Positions 1-8,227 of a DNA stretch of 64,000 nt are shown here, one piece after another. The notes under the pieces were generated by a model. That model worked only from the letters and a program-made list of their open reading frames with translations. It was not told where the DNA came from and ran no database searches. Numbering within the stretch: position 1 is the first letter of the stretch; the number at the start of each line of letters is the position of its first letter. Location: NCBI GenBank assembly GCA_040904565.1, contig JBBDTI010000064.1:1-64000 (forward strand), written 5' to 3'. The position numbers were made by a program, and so were the translations under genes. The DNA is from Rhodothermales bacterium. GTDB lineage: Bacteria > Bacteroidota > Rhodothermia > Rhodothermales > VXPQ01.

Positions 1-180
1 GTTCGCGTGGGCCGCGTTCCAGCCCGAAACGGCGCTCTGGACGGGAAACGATTAACCCCGCGTCCTGTCATCGGCGCCGCGCGCGACCTCGTACTTCGAG
101 GCCGTGCGTCGGCAGCACCGGCTCAACCGTCGACAGTGCGCCTCGACCCTTCGGACGCGACTGCCGGACCATCTGCAACA

Positions 181-966
181 TCACAGCGGACGGGGCACCG
201 ACGTATGGGCGGCCATGGCCAGTTCGGCGACATAACCGGCGTCGGAACGCCGCTCGATGGCGTTTCCCACGACGATCACCGACGCACCGGCACGCACCTT
301 GTTCGACACCTGCCTCGGCTGGTCTATTCCGCCCCCGACAATCAGCGGTATGCGGCACGTTTCCGCGATCGCTTCGATCATCGCTTCGGGCACCGCCTCG
401 TCCGCCCCCGATCCTCCATCGGCGTAGAGCATCCGCATCCCCATCATCTCGGCAGCCAGAGCCGTGGCGGCCGCGACCTCGGGCTTCGATCGGGGAAGGG
501 GCATCGAGTGACTCATGTACTGCGCCGTCGTCGATCGCCCAGACTCCACCAGCATGTATCCGGTCGGGATGGGTTCGAGCTCCAACCTTCGAATGATCGG
601 CGCCGCCTGCACGTGCTGCCCGAAGAGGTATTCGGGATTGCGGCCGCTGATGATGGAGAGATACAGGACGGCATCCAGCGAGCGCGTTACCTGATACAGG
701 GATCCTGGAAACCCGATGACCGGCAGTTCGCAGGATGCCTTGAGCCGCGCGACGTACGGCTCCAGCTCAGTGGGGTTGAGCAGGCTTCCGCCCACGAAAA
801 ACGCATCGACGCCCGCCTCGGCACACATTTCGGAAAACGACTCGAGCCGCCTCTCCGGCAGCTTGTCCGGATCGATCAGCACGACGAACGCCGCACCCTT
901 CGCACGGCACGTCGCTCCAAGACGATCGTAGACGTGTGATGAGGGCACGGGAGAAGGAAAAGACAC
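181..966 (-). CDS. Geranylgeranylglyceryl/heptaprenylglyceryl phosphate synthase (GGGPS/PcrB family)
   Basis: Motifs LIDPDK, FFVGGS, LSIISGRNPEYL, PTGYMLVESG, LYADGGSGA, LIVGGGI, IVVGNAIE. Confidence 0.9.
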   Translation of the reverse strand: MSFPSPVPSSHVYDRLGATCRAKGAAFVVLIDPDKLPERRLESFSEMCAEAGVDAFFVGGSLLNPTELEPYVARLKASCELPVIGFPGSLYQVTRSLDAVLYLSIISGRNPEYLFGQHVQAAPIIRRLELEPIPTGYMLVESGRSTTAQYMSHSMPLPRSKPEVAAATALAAEMMGMRMLYADGGSGADEAVPEAMIEAIAETCRIPLIVGGGIDQPRQVSNKVRAGASVIVVGNAIERRSDAGYVAELAMAAHTSVPRPL

Positions 967-1040
967 CGTGAACGGAAGTACGTGAGCGTGGCGAACGGCT
1001 CATCAAACTAGCAGCATGCGTCAACATCCGCAACAGCCGC

Positions 1041-3902
1041 CTAGGCACGCATCAACTCCCGGACGACGTCGTCCGCGTTGTCCAGCGCCTCGTCCAGCTT
1101 CTCCGGCTGACGGCCGCCCGCCGTAGCCAGCGTCGGCCGCCCGCCGCCGCCACCACCGACGATCCGAGCGAGCCTTCCCACGAGATCACCCGCCTTGAGC
1201 CCCTTAGACGCCACGACGTCGTCGGCCACGCCGGCGACCATATAGACTTTCTCTCCCTCGGGATCGACCGTTCCCAGGATGGCCACGGATCCATCCCCCA
1301 GCCGATCCCGCAGCGTCTGCCCGAGTTCGTGCAGTGCATCCATCGAAGCGGGCTCCAGGCGTCCCGTAACCAGCCGTACGCCATCGACCTGCCGGGCCGC
1401 TTCAATAAAACCATCGAGACGGCCGGCCAGCTGCTCCCTCCGCAGGTCAGCGACGGTCTGCTGGAGCCGCCTGTTCTCTTCAATGATTTCGTGGACCTCC
1501 TCCGACACGGATCGCTGCAGCCCTTTGAACTGCCCTCGGACCCGATTGAGCTCTTCGATTTCCCGTTCGATATGCTCCAGCGCCTCTTCCCCCGCGACGG
1601 CTTCGACGCGGCGTACGCCCGAGGCCACGGATCCCTCCGAAACGAATCGCAGCACGCCAATCTCTCCGGTCGCCTCGACGTGCGTCCCGCCGCATAACTC
1701 TACGGAGAACCCGGGGTCGAACGTGATGACGCGTACGCGGTCCCCGTATTTTTCTCCGAAAAGCGCCATCGCCCCTCGCTCTCGCGCTTCCTCAATGGGC
1801 ACGTCTCGTGCCTCGTGTCTCGGCACGTTTCGCTGGATCACCTCGTTAACGCGTGCCTCGATTTGCTGAAGCTCCTCGTCGGAAACCCGGTCGTAGTGAC
1901 TGAAATCGAACCGCAGCCGGTCGGGTGCCACGAGTGACCCTTTCTGCTGGACGTGCTCGCCGAGTAATTCTCGCAGCGCGGCGTGCACGAGGTGCGTGGC
2001 GGTATGGTGTTTTTGAATGCGCGTGCGGCGCGCCGCGTCGACGACGGCCCGAACGGGTGCATCCGGAGCCTCAGGAAGTCGATCGACGACGTGAACGATG
2101 CGGTCCTGGAGCTTCTGCGTATCCTGAACCTCGATCCGTTCGCCGCCGACCTCCAGAACGCCGACGTCTCCGACCTGTCCGCCACTCTCGGCGTAGAAGG
2201 GCGTCCGATCGAGTACGACCTCGTATCGCACGTCGTCCCCGTCCACCCGTACGCTGCGCATAGCGCGGACACTCGCCTGATCGACCTCCAGCTCGTCGTA
2301 TCCGACGAAAACGAAATCCTCACCCGGCGTGACGGACGTCCATTCGTCCACGCGGCTTTGATCGATCTTGAACGACGTAGCGGCCCGGGCGCGATCCTTC
2401 TGCTCGTCCATGAGCACGTCGTAGCGATCCATGTCCACCCCGAGATCCTCCTCACGCGCCATGAGCTGCGTGAGGTCGATCGGAAATCCGTACGTATCGT
2501 GCAGCAGAAACGCCACCTCGCCGGGCACCCGGCCGGTCGATGCGGTCGCGGCAAATTGCTTTACGACTCCCTCACGGCCCGGGGCGTCGTAGGCATTATC
2601 GAGCAGCGCCATGGTCTGGCGATCCGCGAGAAGATCTTCGACGACCGATTCGGCCGCTGCCCCATCCTCGCCGGCGAGCCGATGCACGTACGGCGTCACC
2701 TGTTCGAAGAAGCCGATCCCCGTACCGAGCGTCTCAAGAAAGTTTTCCTCTTCGGATCGGATAACCTTTTCGATGTATTCCCGCTGTCGGCGAAGCTCGG
2801 GAAACGTGTCCCCCATCTTCTCCTGCAGCGGGTCGACCAGCCGGTAAATGAACGGCTCGCGAATGCCGAGCGTCTGATATCCGAATCGGACGGCGCGACG
2901 CAGAATACGGCGAATTACGTAGGAACGGCCGACGTTTCCGGGCGACACGCCGTCGGCGACGGCGAATGCGATGGTCCGCACGTGATCGGCCACGACGCGC
3001 ATCGCCACGCGACACCGCTCACGCTCCTGCCGGTCGTCCACTTCGATCGCGTGGTACGACACGATTTCCGGCCGGGGAGACAGCGAGGCGACCGTATTGA
3101 GCAGTGGTTCGAACAGATCCGTGTCGTAATTAGACGTCTTCCCCTGGAGCACGGCGACGAGCCGCTCGAATCCCATCCCGGTGTCGACGTGCCTTGCCTT
3201 CAGCGGATCCAGCGTTCCGTCCGGCAGCGCGTTGTACTGTATGAAGACGAGGTTCCACAGCTCCATCACCTGGGGATGATCGGCATTTACCAGCTCGCTG
3301 CCGGGCACCTTCCCCCGCTCTTCGTCCGACCGCAGATCGATATGAATCTCGGAACAGGGACCACAGGGTCCCGTGTCGCCCATCATCCAGAAATTATCCT
3401 CCGAGCTTCCCGGGAGCACGTGATTCGGATCGATGCCGGTATTGCGCCGCCACAGGTCCGCGGCCTCGTCGTCCGGCTCCAATCCAAGACGTTCGTCACC
3501 GGCATGAACGGTCGCATACAGCCGCTGGGGATCCAATCCGTAGACGTCGACGAAGAGCTCCCACGCCCACTCGATCGCCTCCTTCTTGAAATAGTCGCCG
3601 AACGACCAGTTACCGAGCATCTCGAAAAAGGTGTGATGGTACGTGTCGAGACCGACCTCTTCGAGATCGTTATGCTTGCCGGAGACGCGCAGGCACTTCT
3701 GTGTATTTACCGCCCGGCGATACGGACGATCGCCCGTGCCAAGAAAGACGTCCTTGAACTGGTTCATCCCCGCGTTCGTGAAAAGCAACGTAGGGTCGTC
3801 GGCCGGAACCAGCGAATCGCTCGGCGCGACCTCGTGTCCTCGTTCCTCGAAGAACGTCAGAAACGTATTCCGAATCTCACGCGATGATCTCATGTCACTC
3901 AT
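1041..3902 (-). CDS. alaS: Alanine--tRNA ligase
   Basis: DPTLLFTNAGMNQFK, HHTFFEMLGNWSFGDYFK, DTGMGFER, DTYGFP; editing motifs HTATH and CGGTH; C-terminal GGGGGRP. Alternative ATG at 3893. Confidence 0.98.
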   Translation of the reverse strand: MSDMRSSREIRNTFLTFFEERGHEVAPSDSLVPADDPTLLFTNAGMNQFKDVFLGTGDRPYRRAVNTQKCLRVSGKHNDLEEVGLDTYHHTFFEMLGNWSFGDYFKKEAIEWAWELFVDVYGLDPQRLYATVHAGDERLGLEPDDEAADLWRRNTGIDPNHVLPGSSEDNFWMMGDTGPCGPCSEIHIDLRSDEERGKVPGSELVNADHPQVMELWNLVFIQYNALPDGTLDPLKARHVDTGMGFERLVAVLQGKTSNYDTDLFEPLLNTVASLSPRPEIVSYHAIEVDDRQERERCRVAMRVVADHVRTIAFAVADGVSPGNVGRSYVIRRILRRAVRFGYQTLGIREPFIYRLVDPLQEKMGDTFPELRRQREYIEKVIRSEEENFLETLGTGIGFFEQVTPYVHRLAGEDGAAAESVVEDLLADRQTMALLDNAYDAPGREGVVKQFAATASTGRVPGEVAFLLHDTYGFPIDLTQLMAREEDLGVDMDRYDVLMDEQKDRARAATSFKIDQSRVDEWTSVTPGEDFVFVGYDELEVDQASVRAMRSVRVDGDDVRYEVVLDRTPFYAESGGQVGDVGVLEVGGERIEVQDTQKLQDRIVHVVDRLPEAPDAPVRAVVDAARRTRIQKHHTATHLVHAALRELLGEHVQQKGSLVAPDRLRFDFSHYDRVSDEELQQIEARVNEVIQRNVPRHEARDVPIEEARERGAMALFGEKYGDRVRVITFDPGFSVELCGGTHVEATGEIGVLRFVSEGSVASGVRRVEAVAGEEALEHIEREIEELNRVRGQFKGLQRSVSEEVHEIIEENRRLQQTVADLRREQLAGRLDGFIEAARQVDGVRLVTGRLEPASMDALHELGQTLRDRLGDGSVAILGTVDPEGEKVYMVAGVADDVVASKGLKAGDLVGRLARIVGGGGGGRPTLATAGGRQPEKLDEALDNADDVVRELMRA

Positions 3903-4016
3903 ATATCGGTAATGCCGTGCGGCGGCACGGCTAGCATTTCATCGGATTACTAACGAACGCGGCATCGAGACAACACGACCGACTCGACCGGGCGAATCGA
4001 TCCTGGGGTGCCACAA

Positions 4017-4056
4017 TACGGATCACGCGTGTACAGATCACGCGTATACAGATCAC
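4017..4056. repeat. 15-bp tandem repeat (TACRGATCACGCGTR, about 2.7 copies)
   Basis: tacggatcacgcgtg / tacagatcacgcgta / tacagatcac between mpg and alaS. Confidence 0.8.
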
Positions 4057-4109
4057 CGCTTACGAAACGGGATCGGCGATTGTGCCCGTCCTATTGATTG
4101 ATGCGTCCA

Positions 4110-4766
4110 TTATTGCTGCCGCCGCTGCCGCGCCGCCACGTCGCTCGGGACGCCGGGCGAGACGTAGGCCGACCCAGCATCGAAGAAGCGCCACTTGAGA
4201 TCGATGCCACGGGTAATGCCGATGCGCGACGAGGTCTCGATGCGGGGCTCCCGGTAATCTGCCGGTCGCCTGACGTAGAGTGGGGGCTGCGTCAACAACC
4301 CGGTGTGAAACGCTTTGTCGATATCGAAGGCCTGCGTCAGCTTTCCGGGTCCGCTGGCCAGGTCGACGTCGCTCCGCGCGGCCTCTCTTCGCGCGTACAT
4401 GGTGTCCAGACCGGAGAGCGGCTCGACGGCACGGAACAGGACCGCTCCACCGACACCCTCCCGTTCCGTTACGACGTTCAGCAGCCAGTACGTTCCGTAG
4501 ATGAGGTATACGTACACCGTGCCGGGCCGGCCGAACAGGTCGTAACCGCGACCGTCCGGCTTGATCAGTCCCGTCTCCTTGTCGACGATCCCCCACCCAT
4601 GGAAAGACGGGTCGTCCTGTGTATACGCCTCCGTTTCCACGATGCGACCGACCAGTTTCCCGTCATCCACCTCGCGCACGAGGTGCATGCCGACGAGCTC
4701 CCGCGCGACATCGAGGGTCGGCCGATCGTAGAAGGTGGGCTGCAATATGTTTGTCGGCTCTGGCAC
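4110..4766 (-). CDS. mpg: DNA-3-methyladenine glycosylase (MPG/AAG family)
   Basis: FYDRPTLDVARELVG, GRIVETEAY, GTVYVYLIYG, AVLFRAVEP, SGPGKLTQA, RIGI. Confidence 0.93.
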   Translation of the reverse strand: MPEPTNILQPTFYDRPTLDVARELVGMHLVREVDDGKLVGRIVETEAYTQDDPSFHGWGIVDKETGLIKPDGRGYDLFGRPGTVYVYLIYGTYWLLNVVTEREGVGGAVLFRAVEPLSGLDTMYARREAARSDVDLASGPGKLTQAFDIDKAFHTGLLTQPPLYVRRPADYREPRIETSSRIGITRGIDLKWRFFDAGSAYVSPGVPSDVAARQRRQQ

Positions 4767-4779
4767 GGACGTCCGTAGC

Positions 4780-5223
4780 TCACTGGCGCTCTCGATCGAG
4801 CACGATCATCGTCAGACGACTTACACTGACCAGCCGGCCGGCCTCGTCGTCGATCCGTATCTCCCAGACCTGCGTGCTGCCGCCAAGATGAAGCGGGCGG
4901 GCCGTTCCGGTCACCATTCCTTCCGTGACCTGGCGGACGTGGTTCGCCGAAATATCGAGTCCGACGCACATCTGCGTCGACCGATCGACGCACAGGTTGG
5001 CGGCCATACTCCCGAGCGTCTCGGCGAGGGCCACGGACGCCCCCCCGTGCAAGATGCCAAACGGACGGATTGTCCGCCCGTCGACGGGCATGGTACCGCG
5101 CAGAAAGTCCGGGCCGAGTTCCGTATACTCGATGCCGAGATGTTCAATCATCGTTCCACGCGCCAGCTCCGTCGCCTTTGTGAGATCGACGTGGCCCGTC
5201 CATATCGAAGTGCCGTCACTCAT
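4780..5223 (-). CDS. Hotdog-fold thioesterase (PaaI/YdiI-MenI-like)
   Basis: PFGILHGGASVALAETLGS, VGLDISANH, TQVWEIRI. Confidence 0.88.
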   Translation of the reverse strand: MSDGTSIWTGHVDLTKATELARGTMIEHLGIEYTELGPDFLRGTMPVDGRTIRPFGILHGGASVALAETLGSMAANLCVDRSTQMCVGLDISANHVRQVTEGMVTGTARPLHLGGSTQVWEIRIDDEAGRLVSVSRLTMIVLDRERQ

Positions 5224-5229
5224 CGTTCG

Positions 5230-5316
5230 CTTTCTCCATTACCGTTCTCGATTCGCGTTCTCCATCGCCGTTCTCCATCGCCGCTCTCGTTTGGCGTTCT
5301 CCATCGGCGTTCTCGG
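5230..5316. repeat. 13-bp tandem repeat (consensus CGTTCTCCATCGC, about 6.7 copies)
   Basis: Units start at 5230, 5243, 5256, 5269, 5282, 5295 and 5308, directly upstream of the thioesterase start. Confidence 0.85.
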
Positions 5317-5629
5317 AGGAGTCAAGATTTTTCGCCAGATTGGTAAATTCCTTCAGTCGGAGCGTGGACCTGCAGTGTAGTAAAACGGGATGACGATCGA
5401 AATCCTACTCATTTTTTGGATGCTTGCCACGCTGCTACTTCCCGTTTTCTGGCCTTTATGATCGTCCTGGTGAACGCGTTCGTGAACATGTCGATCGGCA
5501 CGTCAGACAACATTTCAGTGAGCGGAACGTCCGAGAGGGTGAGTTGCAGTCCAACGAACTTTGACCGCGATCCATTGCCGCGTACGTCGACCCCTTCGTA
5601 TCTCCGAAGTCATACGCCTCAAGGTTGAC

Positions 5630-7387
5630 ATGCATCTGCGCAACGTCCTTCCTATCACGGATTGGCTCCCGTCCTATTCAAAGGCGGATGCACGTAGCGA
5701 CCTCAGAGCCGGATTGACGGTCGGTGTGATGATCATCCCCCAGAGCATGGCCTATGCCGTGCTGCTCGGCGTACCGCCGATTTACGGCCTGTACGCTTCG
5801 CTCGTGCCTCTCTTTATCTATCCGCTCTTCGGTACGTCACGCCAGCTGGCGGTAGGTGTGATCGCCATCGATATGCTCGTCGCCGGCTCCGGTCTCGCGC
5901 TCGTTGCCCAGCCCGGCACGGAACGCTACATATCCCTGGCGATCCTGCTCGCGATGATGGCCGGCATCATGCAGCTCCTGATGGGCTTTCTCCGTCTGGG
6001 ATTTATCGTCAATCTCCTCTCAAGGCCGGTCATATCCGGCTTTACGTCGGCAGCGGCCCTCGTGATTTGCTTCAGCCAGATCGACCATCTGCTCGGTGTC
6101 GAGCTTCCGCATACGCAGTATGTCTTCGTGCTGGCCTACGAGCTGCTTGGCGCCGTAACCGACCTTCATCCGCTTTCGGCGCTCATCGGTACGACCGCTA
6201 TCTTCCTGCTCGTATTGATCCGACGCTGGAAGCCCCTCTTCCCTACACCGCTCGTGATCGTCCTGCTCGGGACGCTCGCCGTATGGCTCCTCGACCTGTC
6301 CAGTCGCGGTATAGACGTCGTGGGAGAAATTCCAGCCGGACTTCCAACGCCAAGCGTGCCGACCGTGGACGTTCGATCCCTGCGGGTGCTCCTCCCGACA
6401 GCCATCACGCTGGGGCTCATCCAGTTCATGGCCGTCATCTCGCTGAGCAAGGTATTCGCCGCCAAGCACCGCTACCGTCTCGACGCGAACGGAGAGCTCA
6501 TAGCGCTCGGCCTGTCCAACGTCCTTGGCAGCTTTTTTCGCAGTATTCCGGTATCAGGCTCGTTTTCGCGATCGGCTGTAAACGACCAGGCGGGCGCACG
6601 CTCTCCGCTCGCCAACGTGGTGGCGGCCCTCCTCGTCGGCGCCACGCTCCTGTTCTTCACGCCGCTCTTCGAATACGTACCCATGGCGGCGCTCTCGGCC
6701 ATCATTATCGTGGCCGCATTCGGTCTCGTCAACGTCCAAGAAATCAAGCTGCTCATTCACATGAAGCGGGTCGACGGAGCCATCGCTCTGTTCACCTTTG
6801 GAGCTACACTCATCGCCGGCGTCCTGGAAGGTATCCTCCTCGGTATCGGTGCATCCGTCGTGGCGATCATGTACCGGATCAGCCGGCCGAACATCGCGGC
6901 GCTCGGCCACCTGCCCGGGACGCAATCGTTCGGCGATTTCGATCGACACGAGGAGGCCCGCAGTGTAGAAGACATCCTCATACTCCGCGTCGATGCCTCG
7001 CTCTCGTTCGCCAATTCGGAATACCTCCGGGACTACATCCTGCAGCGCACCGTGATGCGCGAAGGTGGACCGAAGATCATCATTATCGACGCACACAGCA
7101 TCAACGACGTCGATACGACGGCCGTAGAGCTGCTGCTGGATCTGGTCGATACGCTACGCAGCCGGGGCGTCGATCTGTACTTCGGAGGTACGAAGGGCGC
7201 CGTCGCCGACGTGATGTTCAGAGCGGGCCTCGTTGACAAGCTCGGCCGCGACCATTTCTACGTCAGCTCGCACGAGGCCGTGCGACAGGTCCTCACAACG
7301 TGGGAGCGGCATGAAGGATATATCGCCGCCACGGAGGAACAGGTCGACCTGCCGGGGCGCGCAGATCGCCCTCAGGAAATGGACTGA
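5630..7387 (+). CDS. SulP/SLC26 family anion transporter with STAS domain
   Basis: DLRAGLTVGVMIIPQSMAYA, GLYAS, GSFSRSAVN; STAS region LSFANSEYL..DVDTT; ATG 5630 chosen as start. Confidence 0.93.
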   Translation: MHLRNVLPITDWLPSYSKADARSDLRAGLTVGVMIIPQSMAYAVLLGVPPIYGLYASLVPLFIYPLFGTSRQLAVGVIAIDMLVAGSGLALVAQPGTERYISLAILLAMMAGIMQLLMGFLRLGFIVNLLSRPVISGFTSAAALVICFSQIDHLLGVELPHTQYVFVLAYELLGAVTDLHPLSALIGTTAIFLLVLIRRWKPLFPTPLVIVLLGTLAVWLLDLSSRGIDVVGEIPAGLPTPSVPTVDVRSLRVLLPTAITLGLIQFMAVISLSKVFAAKHRYRLDANGELIALGLSNVLGSFFRSIPVSGSFSRSAVNDQAGARSPLANVVAALLVGATLLFFTPLFEYVPMAALSAIIIVAAFGLVNVQEIKLLIHMKRVDGAIALFTFGATLIAGVLEGILLGIGASVVAIMYRISRPNIAALGHLPGTQSFGDFDRHEEARSVEDILILRVDASLSFANSEYLRDYILQRTVMREGGPKIIIIDAHSINDVDTTAVELLLDLVDTLRSRGVDLYFGGTKGAVADVMFRAGLVDKLGRDHFYVSSHEAVRQVLTTWERHEGYIAATEEQVDLPGRADRPQEMD

Positions 7388-7410
7388 TGGGCCGCCGATC
7401 GCGGCGCCAT

Positions 7411-7443
7411 AAAAAAAGGCCCGAACCGGAATCGGCACGGGCC
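7411..7443 (-). terminator. Intrinsic terminator downstream of tRNA-Gly
   Basis: Minus strand GGCCCG..CGGGCC stem followed by T7. Confidence 0.8.
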
Positions 7444-7444
7444 C

Positions 7445-7520
7445 TGGAGCGGAAGACGGGAGTCGAACCCGCGACCTTTTGCATGGCAAGCAAATGCTCT
7501 ACCAGCTGAGCTACTTCCGC
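7445..7520 (-). tRNA. tRNA-Gly (GCC)
   Basis: Reverse complement GCGGAAGTAGCTCAGCTGGTAGAGCATTTGCTTGCCATGCAAAAGGTCGCGGGTTCGACTCCCGTCTTCCGCTCCA: cloverleaf, anticodon GCC, TTCGA T-loop, encoded CCA. Confidence 0.97.
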
Positions 7521-7536
7521 TTGTTTTGCAGCGCCT

Positions 7537-7566
7537 AGTGTACGAACGGAGGCGCGCGCCTGTCAA
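7537..7566 (-). promoter_or_regulatory. Sigma70-type promoter of tRNA-Gly
   Basis: Minus strand TTGACA-N18-TACACT just upstream of the tRNA. Confidence 0.7.
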
Positions 7567-7698
7567 GATACCTCCATTCGCTTCACAGGAAGCTCAAGCA
7601 AGCAGGCACGTTCATGCGCCTGGGAGTCCTTCTCGCTGCGCGAACGTAAAACGGGACGTCCCCCATCAGGTTCCTGCCTCCAGCTTCCGTCGCGGCGA

Positions 7699-8223
7699 TC
7701 ACAGGCTGAACCCGATACGTCCCTCCGACCCGGTCCCTATCTTCCCGTCACGCCCCTCACCGTTCAGTTCGATCGCAAAGCTTTTCGAAATTTCCACTCC
7801 ACCCAGTTCCTTCCAGAACGCGGTGGCCTCGTCGTTACCCGCCAGCACCCCGGCCCGCAGCTCGCGCGCCCCTATCCGTTCGCCCCAGCGCCGGACGGCA
7901 AGTACGAGATCCGTGCCATGCCCTTCCCGGCGACAATCCGACTCAACAAACAGCTCGTCAACGTAGACCGCAGGTCGGTCCCGATAGATCGGCGGAGGCG
8001 CCCAGCGCTCGGCCGTGATAAATCCGCACACGCGGTCCCCCTCCAGCGCGACGAACATCCTCCTGGACTCCGCCTGTAACCACTGATCGAAGTCGTTCTT
8101 CCACCGCTCCTCCGCATCGTCGGATGGGGAGAACCGGTCGTCGATCGACGCCTGTGCGTCCATCAACGCCGCCCAGAGACGTCGAACGGCCTCACGATCG
8201 CCCTTCTCGACGGCACGTATCAT
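7699..8223 (-). CDS. GNAT family N-acetyltransferase
   Basis: YVDELFVESDCRREGHGTDL (motif A), N..A..FW..LG; ATG 8223 follows the asd stop (alternative TTG 8241). Confidence 0.8.
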   Translation of the reverse strand: MIRAVEKGDREAVRRLWAALMDAQASIDDRFSPSDDAEERWKNDFDQWLQAESRRMFVALEGDRVCGFITAERWAPPPIYRDRPAVYVDELFVESDCRREGHGTDLVLAVRRWGERIGARELRAGVLAGNDEATAFWKELGGVEISKSFAIELNGEGRDGKIGTGSEGRIGFSL

Positions 8224-8227
8224 AGCC

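Noticed and set aside
1983-3887. 634-aa ORF antisense to alaS (similar cases: 7..939, 8498..10444, 10523..11902, 23673..24917, 29792..31513, 47737..48999, 58269..59600)
   Set aside because: Shadow ORFs on the opposite strand of well-conserved genes, expected from GC-rich codon bias; no recognisable motifs.
5230-5316. Short repeat arrays (also 4017-4056 and 44083-44134) as CRISPR
   Set aside because: Units are 13-18 bp and abut without unique spacers; no cas genes in the window.
5472-5487. GAACGCGTTC palindrome and GAAC direct repeat as an SOS box upstream of the mpg unit
   Set aside because: Spacing fits neither GAAC-N4-GTTC nor GAAC-N7-GAAC.
7388-7520. tRNA-Gly as an integration site for an island
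   Set aside because: No integrase, no duplicated tRNA 3' end, and housekeeping genes on both sides.
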